From NCBI GenBank assembly GCA_964571965.1, contig CAZNFQ010000001.1:30531-94530 (forward strand): a stretch of DNA of 64,000 nucleotides, in the 5' to 3' direction. The DNA comes from an uncultured bacterium (GTDB lineage Bacteria > Fermentibacterota > Fermentibacteria > Fermentibacterales > JCC-6). Numbering within the stretch: position 1 is the stretch's first letter; every line of letters begins with the position of its first letter. Below are positions 36,114 through 45,084 of this stretch, one piece after another. Made by a program: the position numbers and the translations under genes. The notes beneath the pieces were generated by a model. The model saw nothing but the letters and a program-made list of their open reading frames with translations. It made no database searches and was not told where the DNA came from.

Positions 36114-36386
36114 TTGCTTCACGGAAGGTCAAGTGGATTCTGGGTATTCATCGCCTTGGCGGGAATGGTTACAGGTACCGTTTTCGGCGAGGCTGTCAGT
36201 GCGCTCCTTCCCGACAGTTCAGTGGCCCTCAGGCAATTCTTCGGCGGTAGCGCCGAGTTTTCTCTTGGCCCGGTCGGGTTCGACCTTTATATACTCAGGT
36301 TCCAGCTTGCAGAGATTGCAGTGAAGCTTAACATCATGACATTTGCCGGTCTTGTAACGGTGGGTGTCCTGTACAAATGGTTCTGA
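36114..36386 (+). CDS. Small membrane protein, DUF4321-like
   Basis: 90 aa. An N-terminal TM, a central ...FSLGPVGFDLYILRFQLAEIAVKLNIMTFAGLV segment and a C-terminal TM resemble DUF4321 architecture. The start is uncertain (TTG). Confidence 0.45.
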   Translation: MLHGRSSGFWVFIALAGMVTGTVFGEAVSALLPDSSVALRQFFGGSAEFSLGPVGFDLYILRFQLAEIAVKLNIMTFAGLVTVGVLYKWF

Positions 36387-36405
36387 CGGGAATGGAGGAA
36401 GTAAT

Positions 36406-36600
36406 TTGGGCCGTATAGGAACAACCGAGCTTATCATTATTCTAGTGGTCCTGCTTCTTCTGTTCGGCGCCAGGAGAATACCGGAAATCGCCCGTTCGAT
36501 CGGGCAGTCTCTCAGTGAGTTCAAGAAGGGACTCAAAGATGGAGAGACCGGGGGAAGAGAAAATGACGGCGATTCAGACAAGATTGAAGGGGATTCTTAA
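36406..36600 (+). CDS. tatA: Twin-arginine translocase subunit TatA/E
   Basis: LGRIGTTELIIILVVLLLLFGARRIPEIARSIGQSLSEFKKG is the canonical TatA TM plus amphipathic helix. TTG 36406 lies 6 nt after GGAGGA. The ORF-track start at 36364 adds a non-homologous extension. Confidence 0.85.
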   Translation: MGRIGTTELIIILVVLLLLFGARRIPEIARSIGQSLSEFKKGLKDGETGGRENDGDSDKIEGDS

Positions 36601-37202
36601 TGGCAACCGTTAGCTACAGCGCAAGGGAAATTGACTGCAAGCTGGTCTACGCCGGTCCCGGCCTGTCCGGAAAGACCACCAATGTCAAATACATACATAG
36701 TCAGGTTACTGCTGATTCCCGCGGGAAACTCATCTCGCTGGCTGCGGGAAACGAAAGAACTCTCTTTTTCGATTTTCTTCCACTGGATTCAGGCGAGATC
36801 AATGGTTTCAAGATCAGACTGCACCTTTACAGCGTTCCAGGACAGGCAATGTATTCGGACAGCCGAAGACTCATCCTTCAGGGAGTGGACGGTATAGTAT
36901 TCGTCGCGGATTCACAGGAATTCAGAATGGACGCTAACATCGCAAGCCTCAGGGATCTGAAGGAGAACCTGAGAACCCAGAAGCGAAAAGGTGTCAGCCT
37001 GGTCCTTCAGTGCAATAAAAGGGATATGCCTGACGCTGTACCTGTGTCCCGGATAGTCAGTGAACTTGGTCTCTCCAAGGTGCCATGTCTGGAATCAGTG
37101 GCATCTGAAGGCAAAGGTGTTTTCGAAACTCTCAGACGGGTGAGCAGAATGGTTATAGCCCGTCTCCATAGACAATTCGAACTTCTGGAGGGCAGGGCCT
37201 GA
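36600..37202 (+). CDS. mglA: MglA-type Ras-like small GTPase
   Basis: SYSAREIDCKLVYAGPGLSGKTTN (P-loop), ERTLFFDFLP (switch 1), LYSVPGQAMY (switch 2 Gln), VDGIVFVADSQ and QCNKRD show a near-colinear match to the Myxococcus MglA motifs. It overlaps tatA by 1 nt and the next gene by 1 nt. Confidence 0.88.
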   Translation: MATVSYSAREIDCKLVYAGPGLSGKTTNVKYIHSQVTADSRGKLISLAAGNERTLFFDFLPLDSGEINGFKIRLHLYSVPGQAMYSDSRRLILQGVDGIVFVADSQEFRMDANIASLRDLKENLRTQKRKGVSLVLQCNKRDMPDAVPVSRIVSELGLSKVPCLESVASEGKGVFETLRRVSRMVIARLHRQFELLEGRA

Positions 37203-38575
37203 TGTCAGAATCTCTTGTGGATCTGCTTCTTGTAAGGCTTGGAAGGGAGGAGGAGAAGAGAAAGGTTCTGAAGCTCCTCATAACAAGTCTGGACCTTTCC
37301 GTATCCGATGCCGAGGCTGCGGTGAATAATTCTCCATCTGTGATCAGGGAAGCTGTTCCCATGGGCGAAGCAAGGATCATTCAGAAAGATCTATACCCCT
37401 ACATTGACCTTCTGCCCAGGTTCGACGATGAAGATGACGCACCGGATGAACCCATAGACGAAGCCCCTGAGGAAATCGAAGTGGACGACATAGAAACCGG
37501 GGAAGATGAGGATGAAGCCCGGGAAATCGATGAACCTGAGATCGAAGACCCTATTCTCATAACATCCGCCAGTGACGAAGTCAGATCCACCCGAAGGTGC
37601 CATATATGCGGCAGGACACCCACCGACGGGGAAAAGCTCGCCCCATGCAGAACCTGCAGCGACCTCACCTGCCGAGACTGTTTCGACCGCATGGCTCACG
37701 TTTGCAGCAAGTGCGCCGCAGCGGGTAAATCCATAGAGCATGCCAACGAGGGAGTAGAACCGGAAAAGGAACAGGGGCTTGTTTTCGACACAGACGAAAC
37801 CGGCGAGAAACCAGAAGCAAAACCGGGTTCAGGAATATTCAGATACCTGGCCGTTGCGTTTCTGTTCATAGTGGCCCTGGCTGCTGTGTTCTATTTCATG
37901 GATCCCATGGGTCTCTTCGGCGAAGAAGCCTCCCCTGAACCCGCCCTTGATATTGCCGAAGCAGATACCGCAGAGGTGCTTCAGCCCGATACCGCGGAAA
38001 CCCTGCTACGGGATTCACTGGCAGCCGGTCCTGATACCCTTGCAGTCATAGAACCTGTCACCCCTGAAGAGGATCCATACGCCCTGGCTTCTCTTGTCCT
38101 CGATGAAGAATACTCGGCAATTGATAATCCGGCTCCGGTGGCTTTCAGAAGGAGTGCTCCTGCTTCTGTTGGAGCTTCGGTGCTAAGGGATGAATCGGAC
38201 CTCATTGCAGATCAGGTTGCTGTGATTGCCGCCTGGATACCTGTTCAGCTGGACGACGCGGTCCTTCTGCAATACCATGATTCAACGGAAGTTCTCGTGC
38301 TGGTTCTGAAACACCCGGAGGAAACTGAAACACGTCTGGCACTGCTCAGACGGATTTCTGACTGGCTTACACCATCGGAGATCGATCAGCTGGTTCTTCT
38401 TTACAGAGAAAACCGCTACCAGAATACAGTGATCATGAGTCTCGTATCCAGCAACTTCCCCCTTGTGCAGGGAGTTCTCAGCCCTGTACAGTTCCAGAAC
38501 TATCTCAGTTACAGGGAAGACTGCTGGGAATCGATCTCCGGACCGGTGTCCGCCTGGCTCACTGACACTCAGTAG
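37202..38575 (+). CDS. Hypothetical MglA-coupled membrane protein: L7/L12-CTD-like domain, acidic linker, 4x CxxC zinc ribbon, one TM, extracytoplasmic domain
   Basis: N-terminus KRKVLKLLITSLDLSVSDAEAAVNNSPSVIREAVPMGEARIIQKDL resembles the ribosomal L7/L12 C-terminal domain pattern. D/E-rich stretch, then CHIC...CRTC...CRDC...CSKC, then TM FRYLAVAFLFIVALAAVFYF. I recognise no family for the C-terminal roughly 230 aa. Confidence 0.6.
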   Translation: MSESLVDLLLVRLGREEEKRKVLKLLITSLDLSVSDAEAAVNNSPSVIREAVPMGEARIIQKDLYPYIDLLPRFDDEDDAPDEPIDEAPEEIEVDDIETGEDEDEAREIDEPEIEDPILITSASDEVRSTRRCHICGRTPTDGEKLAPCRTCSDLTCRDCFDRMAHVCSKCAAAGKSIEHANEGVEPEKEQGLVFDTDETGEKPEAKPGSGIFRYLAVAFLFIVALAAVFYFMDPMGLFGEEASPEPALDIAEADTAEVLQPDTAETLLRDSLAAGPDTLAVIEPVTPEEDPYALASLVLDEEYSAIDNPAPVAFRRSAPASVGASVLRDESDLIADQVAVIAAWIPVQLDDAVLLQYHDSTEVLVLVLKHPEETETRLALLRRISDWLTPSEIDQLVLLYRENRYQNTVIMSLVSSNFPLVQGVLSPVQFQNYLSYREDCWESISGPVSAWLTDTQ

Positions 38576-38613
38576 AATCCCACACAAACAACCAAACGGG
38601 AGATCGTGATTTA

Positions 38614-40806
38614 ATGGCTTCAAAAAAGGAACGGAAACTTGTAATCATAGAGTCTCCGGCGAAAGCCCGCAGTCTGCGGAATTATCTTGGCAGGGGATGG
38701 GACGTTGTCGCATCCAACGGACACGTAAGAGACCTTCCACTGAACAGGATCGGTGTCAACCTCGAAACCCTTGAACCAACCTATACGGTTCTTCCCAAGA
38801 AGAGAGCCACCGTGGCCAAACTCAGAAAAACCGCCGAAGGCTACAGTGAAATTTACCTGGCAGCTGACCCTGACAGGGAGGGGGAGGCAATCTGCTGGCA
38901 TGTATCTGAACTTCTGGCAGGCGATAACCGTAAATTCAAAAGGATCAGATTCAACTCGATCACAAGAGACGCCGTAACAGCAGCATCCAGATCAGCCACC
39001 AGCATAGACATGGACATGGTGGACGCCCAGCAGGCAAGAAGGGTAATGGATCGCCTGGTGGGATACAGAGTGAGTCCGTATCTGTGGAGAACCGTGGGTA
39101 AGGGACTGAGCGCGGGCAGGGTACAGACCGTTGCCCTGAAGATGATAGTGGACAGGGAAAAGGAGATAACCCTTTTCGTACCCAGGGAGTTCTGGCCTGT
39201 GGAGGCTCTATTCCTTCAGAACGGATGGGAGTTCACCGCAAAACTTCACAGGGTATCCGGGAAAAGAGCCGACGGCGAAAAATATTCTCCGGAAACAGGC
39301 GAAGAAGCCCGTTCCATCGTAAATGATGCAAAACGCCTTTCATGGAAAATAGAGTCCATAGAAGAGAAGAAAAAGAACCGTAAGCCCTCTCCGCCTTTCA
39401 TAACCAGTTCGCTCCAGGTAACTGCTTCCTCGAGACTCTCCCTCTCCCCATCGGCAACCATGCGAATTGCACAGGACCTGTACGAGGGTTTCGAGATCAA
39501 CGGGGAAAACACCGGTCTGATCACATATATGAGAACCGATTCGGTAAGGATAGAGCCCTCGGCCATAGAAGCCTGCCGTGCATTTATCAAGGAAAGATGG
39601 AGCAGCGGTCTTCTTTCTGATAAACCAAGAAGATTCCGCTCGGCTGGAAGCGCACAGGATGCACACGAAGCCATCAGGCCCACCGATGTTTCCAGAACTC
39701 CTGAAAGTATGAAGGGTATTATCGAGCCAAGGCACCTTAAACTCTACGAACTGATCTGGAGAAGATTCGTTGCCACCCAGATGTCAGACGCGCTCCTCTC
39801 TGAAACCTCCGCTCTGATAACTGGAGGAGATCTGGTTTTCAAGGCTTCAGGCCAGAAAATGGTCAGTGAAGGCTTCACGATGGTGGATCCCCTTCAGGTG
39901 AAGCTTATATCGGAGATCCCTTCCCTGGAAAAGGGTCCCGCGGAGCTGAAGGATATCAGTACAGAGCAGAAATTCACCAAACCACCAGCAAGGTTCTCCG
40001 AGGCATCTCTGGTTTCAGAGATGAAGAAGAAAGGTATTGGAAGACCCTCAACCTACGTTTCCATCATAGGTACCCTCAAAAAGAGAACATACGTAGAGCT
40101 GAAAGAGAAGAAACTGTTTCCCACCGATGTGGGTACCGTTACAGCCGATCTTCTCACCAGACTGTTCCCCCACATATTCAAGGTGGATTTCACCGCTGAC
40201 ATGGAAAATCTCCTGGACCAGATAGCAGCAGGGAAAAAGAACTACCGCGAAGCGGTTTCCCAGCTCTACGATCCCCTGGCCGTATCTTTGGAAGAAGCCA
40301 TGAGAAGACTTCCTGAAATAAAGGCTTCCCTTGTAAGAGAAACCTCTGAAAAGTGTCCTGAATGCGGAAGACTCCTTGTGGAGAAGATGGGTAAATTCGG
40401 GAAATTCCTTGCCTGTCCCGGATTCCCGGCGTGTAAATACACCAGGCCTGCGGAGGGGAACGGTGAGGAAGTTCTGGAGCACAGCCCGTGCCCTGAGTGC
40501 GGCGGCAAACTTGCGGTACGCAAGGGCAGGTACGGCAGATACGTCTCATGTACGAACAACGGCTGTAAATACACTGGACCGGTTCCCGCAGGCGTCAGCT
40601 GTCCCGTTGACGGATGCACAGGACAGCTGGTTGAGAGAACCACCAAAAAAGGGAAGCTCTTTTACTCCTGCAGCCGGTTTCCCGAATGCGACTTCGCAAT
40701 GTGGAACAAGCCGGTGGACAGGAAGTGCCACAGGTGCGGCTTCCCGCTGCTTGAAGAGAGAAAGAAGGGAGTGTACTGCCCTAATTGCAAGAAGAAGATA
40801 GACTGA
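38614..40806 (+). CDS. topA: DNA topoisomerase I
   Basis: Toprim N-terminus KLVIIESPAKARSL...HVRDLP, then ...ITYMRTDS (catalytic Tyr region), then four C-terminal zinc ribbons (CPECG, CPECGGKL, CPVDGC, CHRCG). Confidence 0.95.
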   Translation: MASKKERKLVIIESPAKARSLRNYLGRGWDVVASNGHVRDLPLNRIGVNLETLEPTYTVLPKKRATVAKLRKTAEGYSEIYLAADPDREGEAICWHVSELLAGDNRKFKRIRFNSITRDAVTAASRSATSIDMDMVDAQQARRVMDRLVGYRVSPYLWRTVGKGLSAGRVQTVALKMIVDREKEITLFVPREFWPVEALFLQNGWEFTAKLHRVSGKRADGEKYSPETGEEARSIVNDAKRLSWKIESIEEKKKNRKPSPPFITSSLQVTASSRLSLSPSATMRIAQDLYEGFEINGENTGLITYMRTDSVRIEPSAIEACRAFIKERWSSGLLSDKPRRFRSAGSAQDAHEAIRPTDVSRTPESMKGIIEPRHLKLYELIWRRFVATQMSDALLSETSALITGGDLVFKASGQKMVSEGFTMVDPLQVKLISEIPSLEKGPAELKDISTEQKFTKPPARFSEASLVSEMKKKGIGRPSTYVSIIGTLKKRTYVELKEKKLFPTDVGTVTADLLTRLFPHIFKVDFTADMENLLDQIAAGKKNYREAVSQLYDPLAVSLEEAMRRLPEIKASLVRETSEKCPECGRLLVEKMGKFGKFLACPGFPACKYTRPAEGNGEEVLEHSPCPECGGKLAVRKGRYGRYVSCTNNGCKYTGPVPAGVSCPVDGCTGQLVERTTKKGKLFYSCSRFPECDFAMWNKPVDRKCHRCGFPLLEERKKGVYCPNCKKKID

Positions 40807-41675
40807 TAATCGGGGATTTCTCTGATGAGCTCCTTCACGGAAGGGGCCTGTCTCCGCTCACTGTAAACGCCTATGTAAAGCAGATGAGCGATTTTGCAGA
40901 AAAGGGCGGCTCATTCGGCGATGATTTCACAGCTGACAGCATAAGAAACTACATAATGGCAAGATCCGCATCAGGACTCTCCAGAAGGTCCGTGGCCAGG
41001 ATGGTAAGCTGCTTCCGAACATTTTCCTCCTGGCTCCATGAAACCGGGAGGTCGGAAAACGATCCAGCCGCTTTCATACACTACCCCGGAAGAACCAGGA
41101 ACCTTCCCGGTTTCCTTGGTATCGGAGAGGTAAAGGCGGTACTGGAAAATTTCCAGACCGACAAACCCCTGGGGGTAAGGAACCGTACAGTTGTGGAAGT
41201 TCTTTACGGAACCGGGCTGAGGGCAGCCGAGACGGCTTCTCTGCAGTGCAGTAACATCAGCACGGCAAACGGGCTTCTCAAGGTCCTGGGAAAGGGCCGA
41301 AAAGAGCGCATAGTGCCAATTCCTCAGGGTACCGCACACTGGATTTCCAGTTGGATGGAACTAAGGCATTCATTCATCAGGGGTGAAGACCCGGGAACAC
41401 TGTTTCTCAGCGTGAGGGGAAGAAAACTTGACCCCAGAGATATCCGGCGTATTGTTGCTTCTGGGGTAAAGAATGCCGCAAGGGCGTCGGGGGCCACTCC
41501 CCATACCTTCCGGCACAGTTTTGCCACGCATCTTCTGGATGCCGGCGCAGACATTAGAACCGTCCAGGAACTCCTGGGCCATGAGGGAATAGGAACAACA
41601 CAGATATATACCCATCTTACCACTGAGAAACTGAAGGGTGTTTATATGAAGACTCATCCCAGGGGGAAGAAGTGA
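40785..41675 (+). CDS. xerC: Tyrosine recombinase XerC/XerD
   Basis: LSPLTVNAYVKQM (SAM-like N-domain), GLRAAETASL, HTFRHSFATHLLDAGADIRTVQELLGHEGIGTTQIYTH (R-H-R-Y catalytic set). Conserved topA-xerC-hslVU context. The start (TTG 40785) is uncertain. Confidence 0.9.
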   Translation: MQEEDRLIIGDFSDELLHGRGLSPLTVNAYVKQMSDFAEKGGSFGDDFTADSIRNYIMARSASGLSRRSVARMVSCFRTFSSWLHETGRSENDPAAFIHYPGRTRNLPGFLGIGEVKAVLENFQTDKPLGVRNRTVVEVLYGTGLRAAETASLQCSNISTANGLLKVLGKGRKERIVPIPQGTAHWISSWMELRHSFIRGEDPGTLFLSVRGRKLDPRDIRRIVASGVKNAARASGATPHTFRHSFATHLLDAGADIRTVQELLGHEGIGTTQIYTHLTTEKLKGVYMKTHPRGKK

Positions 41676-44545
41676 AAATAAGGGCATTTTTCACCACGGA
41701 CAGACTCATAGCAGTTGCTGCAGCACTTACTGCATTCACGGTATACATTATAACCCTTGCTCCTTCTGTGAGCTTCTGGGACAGCGGAGAATACATCACC
41801 TGTTCCTGGGTGGCGGGAATACCCCATCCGCCGGGGGTTCCCTTCTTCGTTCTCATGGGAAGGGTGAGTACTCTGCTCTTCTCCTTCATTCCCTCAATAG
41901 CAGCAAGGGTGAACCTCATGTGCGCCATTGCAGGCACCGTAACCATAGGCCTTCTGGCCAGACTGGTGCAGCGGTGGTCCATCAGAATGAACTTCGAACC
42001 GTGGCTCTACAGACCTGTTTCCGCTGCAGCTGCTCTCCTTGCAGCCTTCAGCTACACTGTATGGCGTAACAACAACGCAACGGAAACCTACGCAATGGCA
42101 GGTGTTCTTTCTTTGCTGATACTCTGGGTCTTCGACATCTGGCTTGAACGGAGACTTGCGGGAAAACCCGCAGGCAGGCAGCTTCTGCTCACCGGCTATC
42201 TCATGACACTTTCAATTGGAAATCACCTGAGCGCCCTTATCGTCGTGCTTCCGATATTCGCAATGTACGTGCTGTACGCCCTTAGAAAAAAGGCTTTCGA
42301 ATGGCGTTCCCCGGGCTTTATAACCATGTTCCTGGGACTCATGGTCCTGGCTTTCAGCATTCATCTCTACATGCCACTTAGAGCCATTCAGAATCCCGAG
42401 ATCAACGAAACGAATCCATCCGTATGGCAGGAGTTCCGTGAAGCTCTGGAGAGAAAGCAGTACGGACAGGTATCAATTTTAGACAGAAAAGGACCCTTCA
42501 CCGAACAGCTGGGTCTTTTCCGGGAATACCTGTCCTGGCAGGTTGGCAAACCTGAAGCATGGACAGAACCCATGGGTACGGCTGGAGGAGCTGCATGGGC
42601 GCTCCTGTGGCTTGGCCTTTCCATGATGGCAATAACTGGACTTCTCGCCATGGGAACAAGAAGGAAGGATCTTCTCGTTCTGGTGGGACTGACCTTTTTC
42701 ATGGCCAGTTTTGCCTTTGTGGTGTATCTGAATTTTAAAACCGGCCCGGAGGGCACTTCCACAGGTGAAGTAAGGGAACGTGATTACTTTTTCGGTGCAT
42801 CATTCATTTTCTTCGCCGCACTGGCAATGATGGGAGCGGGTTCCCTTTTTCAGAAGGCAAAAAGTTCCCTTGCAAGGAAATCCGCCTGGCTTCTTCTTCT
42901 GTTCCCGGCAGTCTCACTGGCGGTAAACTGGCATATGTGTGATCGTTCTGGTGACTATGTTGCAAGGGATTACGGTATTAACCTGCTTGAATCATGTCCC
43001 GAGAACGCCGTGATAATAACCAACGGAGACAACGACACGTTCCCTCTCTGGTTCGCCCAGGGCGTACTCGGCGTAAGACGGGACGTTCTCATATCCAATC
43101 TCAGCCTGATGAACACCAGGTGGTACATGCGTCAGCTGATGGCCAAGGATCCGCTTCTACTGAGCTACACGGATGATGTGGTGGATTCCATGCAGCCTGT
43201 GTTCATCTGGGGTCCCAACTTCTTCCATGTTACATCTGAAGGTCTTCCGGAAACAAGCGCTGTGGACAGGGCGACCCTTGACCAGACCTTCGGTAATTCC
43301 TGGCCCTGGACCATGACCGACGGCGGTTCTTCGTTCACAGTTCCCAATATGGGCAGGGGAAACCAGGGTTCCATACCAATGCAGGACCTTCTCCTGATAA
43401 ACATGCTTGGAAACCGCCATCTCCATGGCAGGGACATAATGATTGCCGGAACGGTATCAGGAGACAACAGGCAGTACATAGAAGACTATCTACAGATGCA
43501 GGGGATCACCTTCATGGTCCTCCAGGAACCGCCTCTCAATCCGGTGGATACCCGGAGGGGAATGGCTCTTGCTGACGAATACCTCACCACCGGTCTCGTG
43601 GATGCGGGAATCTACAAAGACGACCAGGCTGTACAGATAGCCAGGAATTACGTGAGCTGCTTCACCAGGCTGGCCGCCCAGTTCCTTGCGGCAGGTGATC
43701 CTGAAAATACCCGGCTTTGTCTGGACAGGGCGGAATATCTGTTTTCGGCCATGCCCGGGGATTGGCTGCCCATAATGCCCAGTTTCGTGCTTCTTAAATC
43801 GCGGCTCATCATGGGAACCCGGGGACCGGAAGCCGCAGGGGCATATGTGCGGGAGGCAGCTGCATACATGGACAGTATGGCTTCCATGAGCGGAACAACT
43901 GCATTGGACAGTTCCATTGATCAGCTTTCCGCCGTTTCCGGCGAGTTTCAGCAGGCCCAGGCGTTCAATTCCGTTGTGGATTCCATCAGCAATGGAACCC
44001 CTGAGCAGGAGTGGATAAGGATAGAGGCAGCCCTTGCATTCGGAGACTATCTTACCGCAAGGAACGTTCTCAACCAGCTTAGCGGTGAATACTCCGGTAC
44101 CGAAGTATTCCAGCTGATGCAAACCACGGTTGACAGACACACCATCCACAACCCCTACAGCGCCGGTCTCAACATCATGGACACTGCTCTGGCTTCCGTC
44201 ATCGGGAACATGGATCAGGAGAGTTCGGCTCTCGAATGGCAGGAAAACATTGATCCCGCGATCATCATCAACGAAATGATAGGACTTGCCTCCATAAACG
44301 AAGTGATGGCTGCGGTCTCGCTGGGAAGCATTATGGCACCGGTGGTGGATGATCCTGAAGGGGCAGCTCGTATCCGGGAGATAGCAGAGTACTTCGTACA
44401 CGATCCGCAGGATGCAAGGGAAACGGCTTTGTGGTATATCCTTTCAATCAACACATTCTCCAGCCAGGCCAGGGCAGAACTCCTTTCAGATAAGGGTCTG
44501 GACGCACTTGCCTGGTCTGCAGCCGGATCCACGGAGGGATTATGA
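41672..44545 (+). CDS. DUF2723-family polytopic membrane protein (TMEM260-like GT-C glycosyltransferase) with long TPR-like C-terminus
   Basis: 957 aa. APSVSFWDSGEYITCSWVAGIPHPPGVPFFVLMGR is the hallmark DUF2723 N-terminal motif. About 11 TM segments, then a roughly 500-aa soluble helical region. Confidence 0.75.
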   Translation: MKIRAFFTTDRLIAVAAALTAFTVYIITLAPSVSFWDSGEYITCSWVAGIPHPPGVPFFVLMGRVSTLLFSFIPSIAARVNLMCAIAGTVTIGLLARLVQRWSIRMNFEPWLYRPVSAAAALLAAFSYTVWRNNNATETYAMAGVLSLLILWVFDIWLERRLAGKPAGRQLLLTGYLMTLSIGNHLSALIVVLPIFAMYVLYALRKKAFEWRSPGFITMFLGLMVLAFSIHLYMPLRAIQNPEINETNPSVWQEFREALERKQYGQVSILDRKGPFTEQLGLFREYLSWQVGKPEAWTEPMGTAGGAAWALLWLGLSMMAITGLLAMGTRRKDLLVLVGLTFFMASFAFVVYLNFKTGPEGTSTGEVRERDYFFGASFIFFAALAMMGAGSLFQKAKSSLARKSAWLLLLFPAVSLAVNWHMCDRSGDYVARDYGINLLESCPENAVIITNGDNDTFPLWFAQGVLGVRRDVLISNLSLMNTRWYMRQLMAKDPLLLSYTDDVVDSMQPVFIWGPNFFHVTSEGLPETSAVDRATLDQTFGNSWPWTMTDGGSSFTVPNMGRGNQGSIPMQDLLLINMLGNRHLHGRDIMIAGTVSGDNRQYIEDYLQMQGITFMVLQEPPLNPVDTRRGMALADEYLTTGLVDAGIYKDDQAVQIARNYVSCFTRLAAQFLAAGDPENTRLCLDRAEYLFSAMPGDWLPIMPSFVLLKSRLIMGTRGPEAAGAYVREAAAYMDSMASMSGTTALDSSIDQLSAVSGEFQQAQAFNSVVDSISNGTPEQEWIRIEAALAFGDYLTARNVLNQLSGEYSGTEVFQLMQTTVDRHTIHNPYSAGLNIMDTALASVIGNMDQESSALEWQENIDPAIIINEMIGLASINEVMAAVSLGSIMAPVVDDPEGAARIREIAEYFVHDPQDARETALWYILSINTFSSQARAELLSDKGLDALAWSAAGSTEGL

Positions 44546-45084
44546 AACTGAGATCCACCACCGTTCTGGGTATAGTCAGGAACGGAAAGGCAGCCATGGC
44601 TGCCGACGGACAGGTAACCCTGGGAGACACCATTCTGAAAATGAGCGCCAGGAAGATCAGGAAACTCTGCGGAGGAACGGTGCTTGTGGGTTTTTCCGGT
44701 GCCGGTGCCGATGCCTTCGCCCTGGTAGAACGTCTTGAGGAAAAACTGGAAACCTTCAGGGGAAATCTTCCAAGGGCTTCAGTGGAACTGGCAAGGGAAT
44801 GGAGAGCAGACAAATATCTCAGGGAGCTTAATGCAATGCTTGCCGCGGTGGACAGTCAGCATGCCCTTATCATTGGAGGTTCCGGAGAGGTGGTCGAGTC
44901 CCCTGACGGGATAGTATCGGTGGGTTCCGGATCCCCCTATGCCATTGCCGCAGCCAGGGCCCTTGACAGGCATACACGCATGGGTCCTTTGAAACTTGCA
45001 ACTGAATCCATTTCCATAGCTTGTGATATTTGCATTTACACAGGTGGAGATGTGCAGTCGGAGGAAATATGCGTTCCGGAGTAA
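44542..45084 (+). CDS. hslV: ATP-dependent protease subunit HslV
   Basis: MKLRSTTVLGIVRNGKAAMAADGQVTLGDTILKMSARKIRKL carries the N-terminal Thr nucleophile motif. Confidence 0.93.
   Translation: MKLRSTTVLGIVRNGKAAMAADGQVTLGDTILKMSARKIRKLCGGTVLVGFSGAGADAFALVERLEEKLETFRGNLPRASVELAREWRADKYLRELNAMLAAVDSQHALIIGGSGEVVESPDGIVSVGSGSPYAIAAARALDRHTRMGPLKLATESISIACDICIYTGGDVQSEEICVPE

Noticed and set aside
40785-41675. Tyrosine recombinase as a possible integrase marking a mobile element (tRNA-Gly lies 8 kb away)
   Set aside because: It sits in the conserved housekeeping topA-xerC-hslVU context and has XerC/D-type motifs. I saw no flanking phage or IS genes and no direct repeats of the tRNA 3' end.
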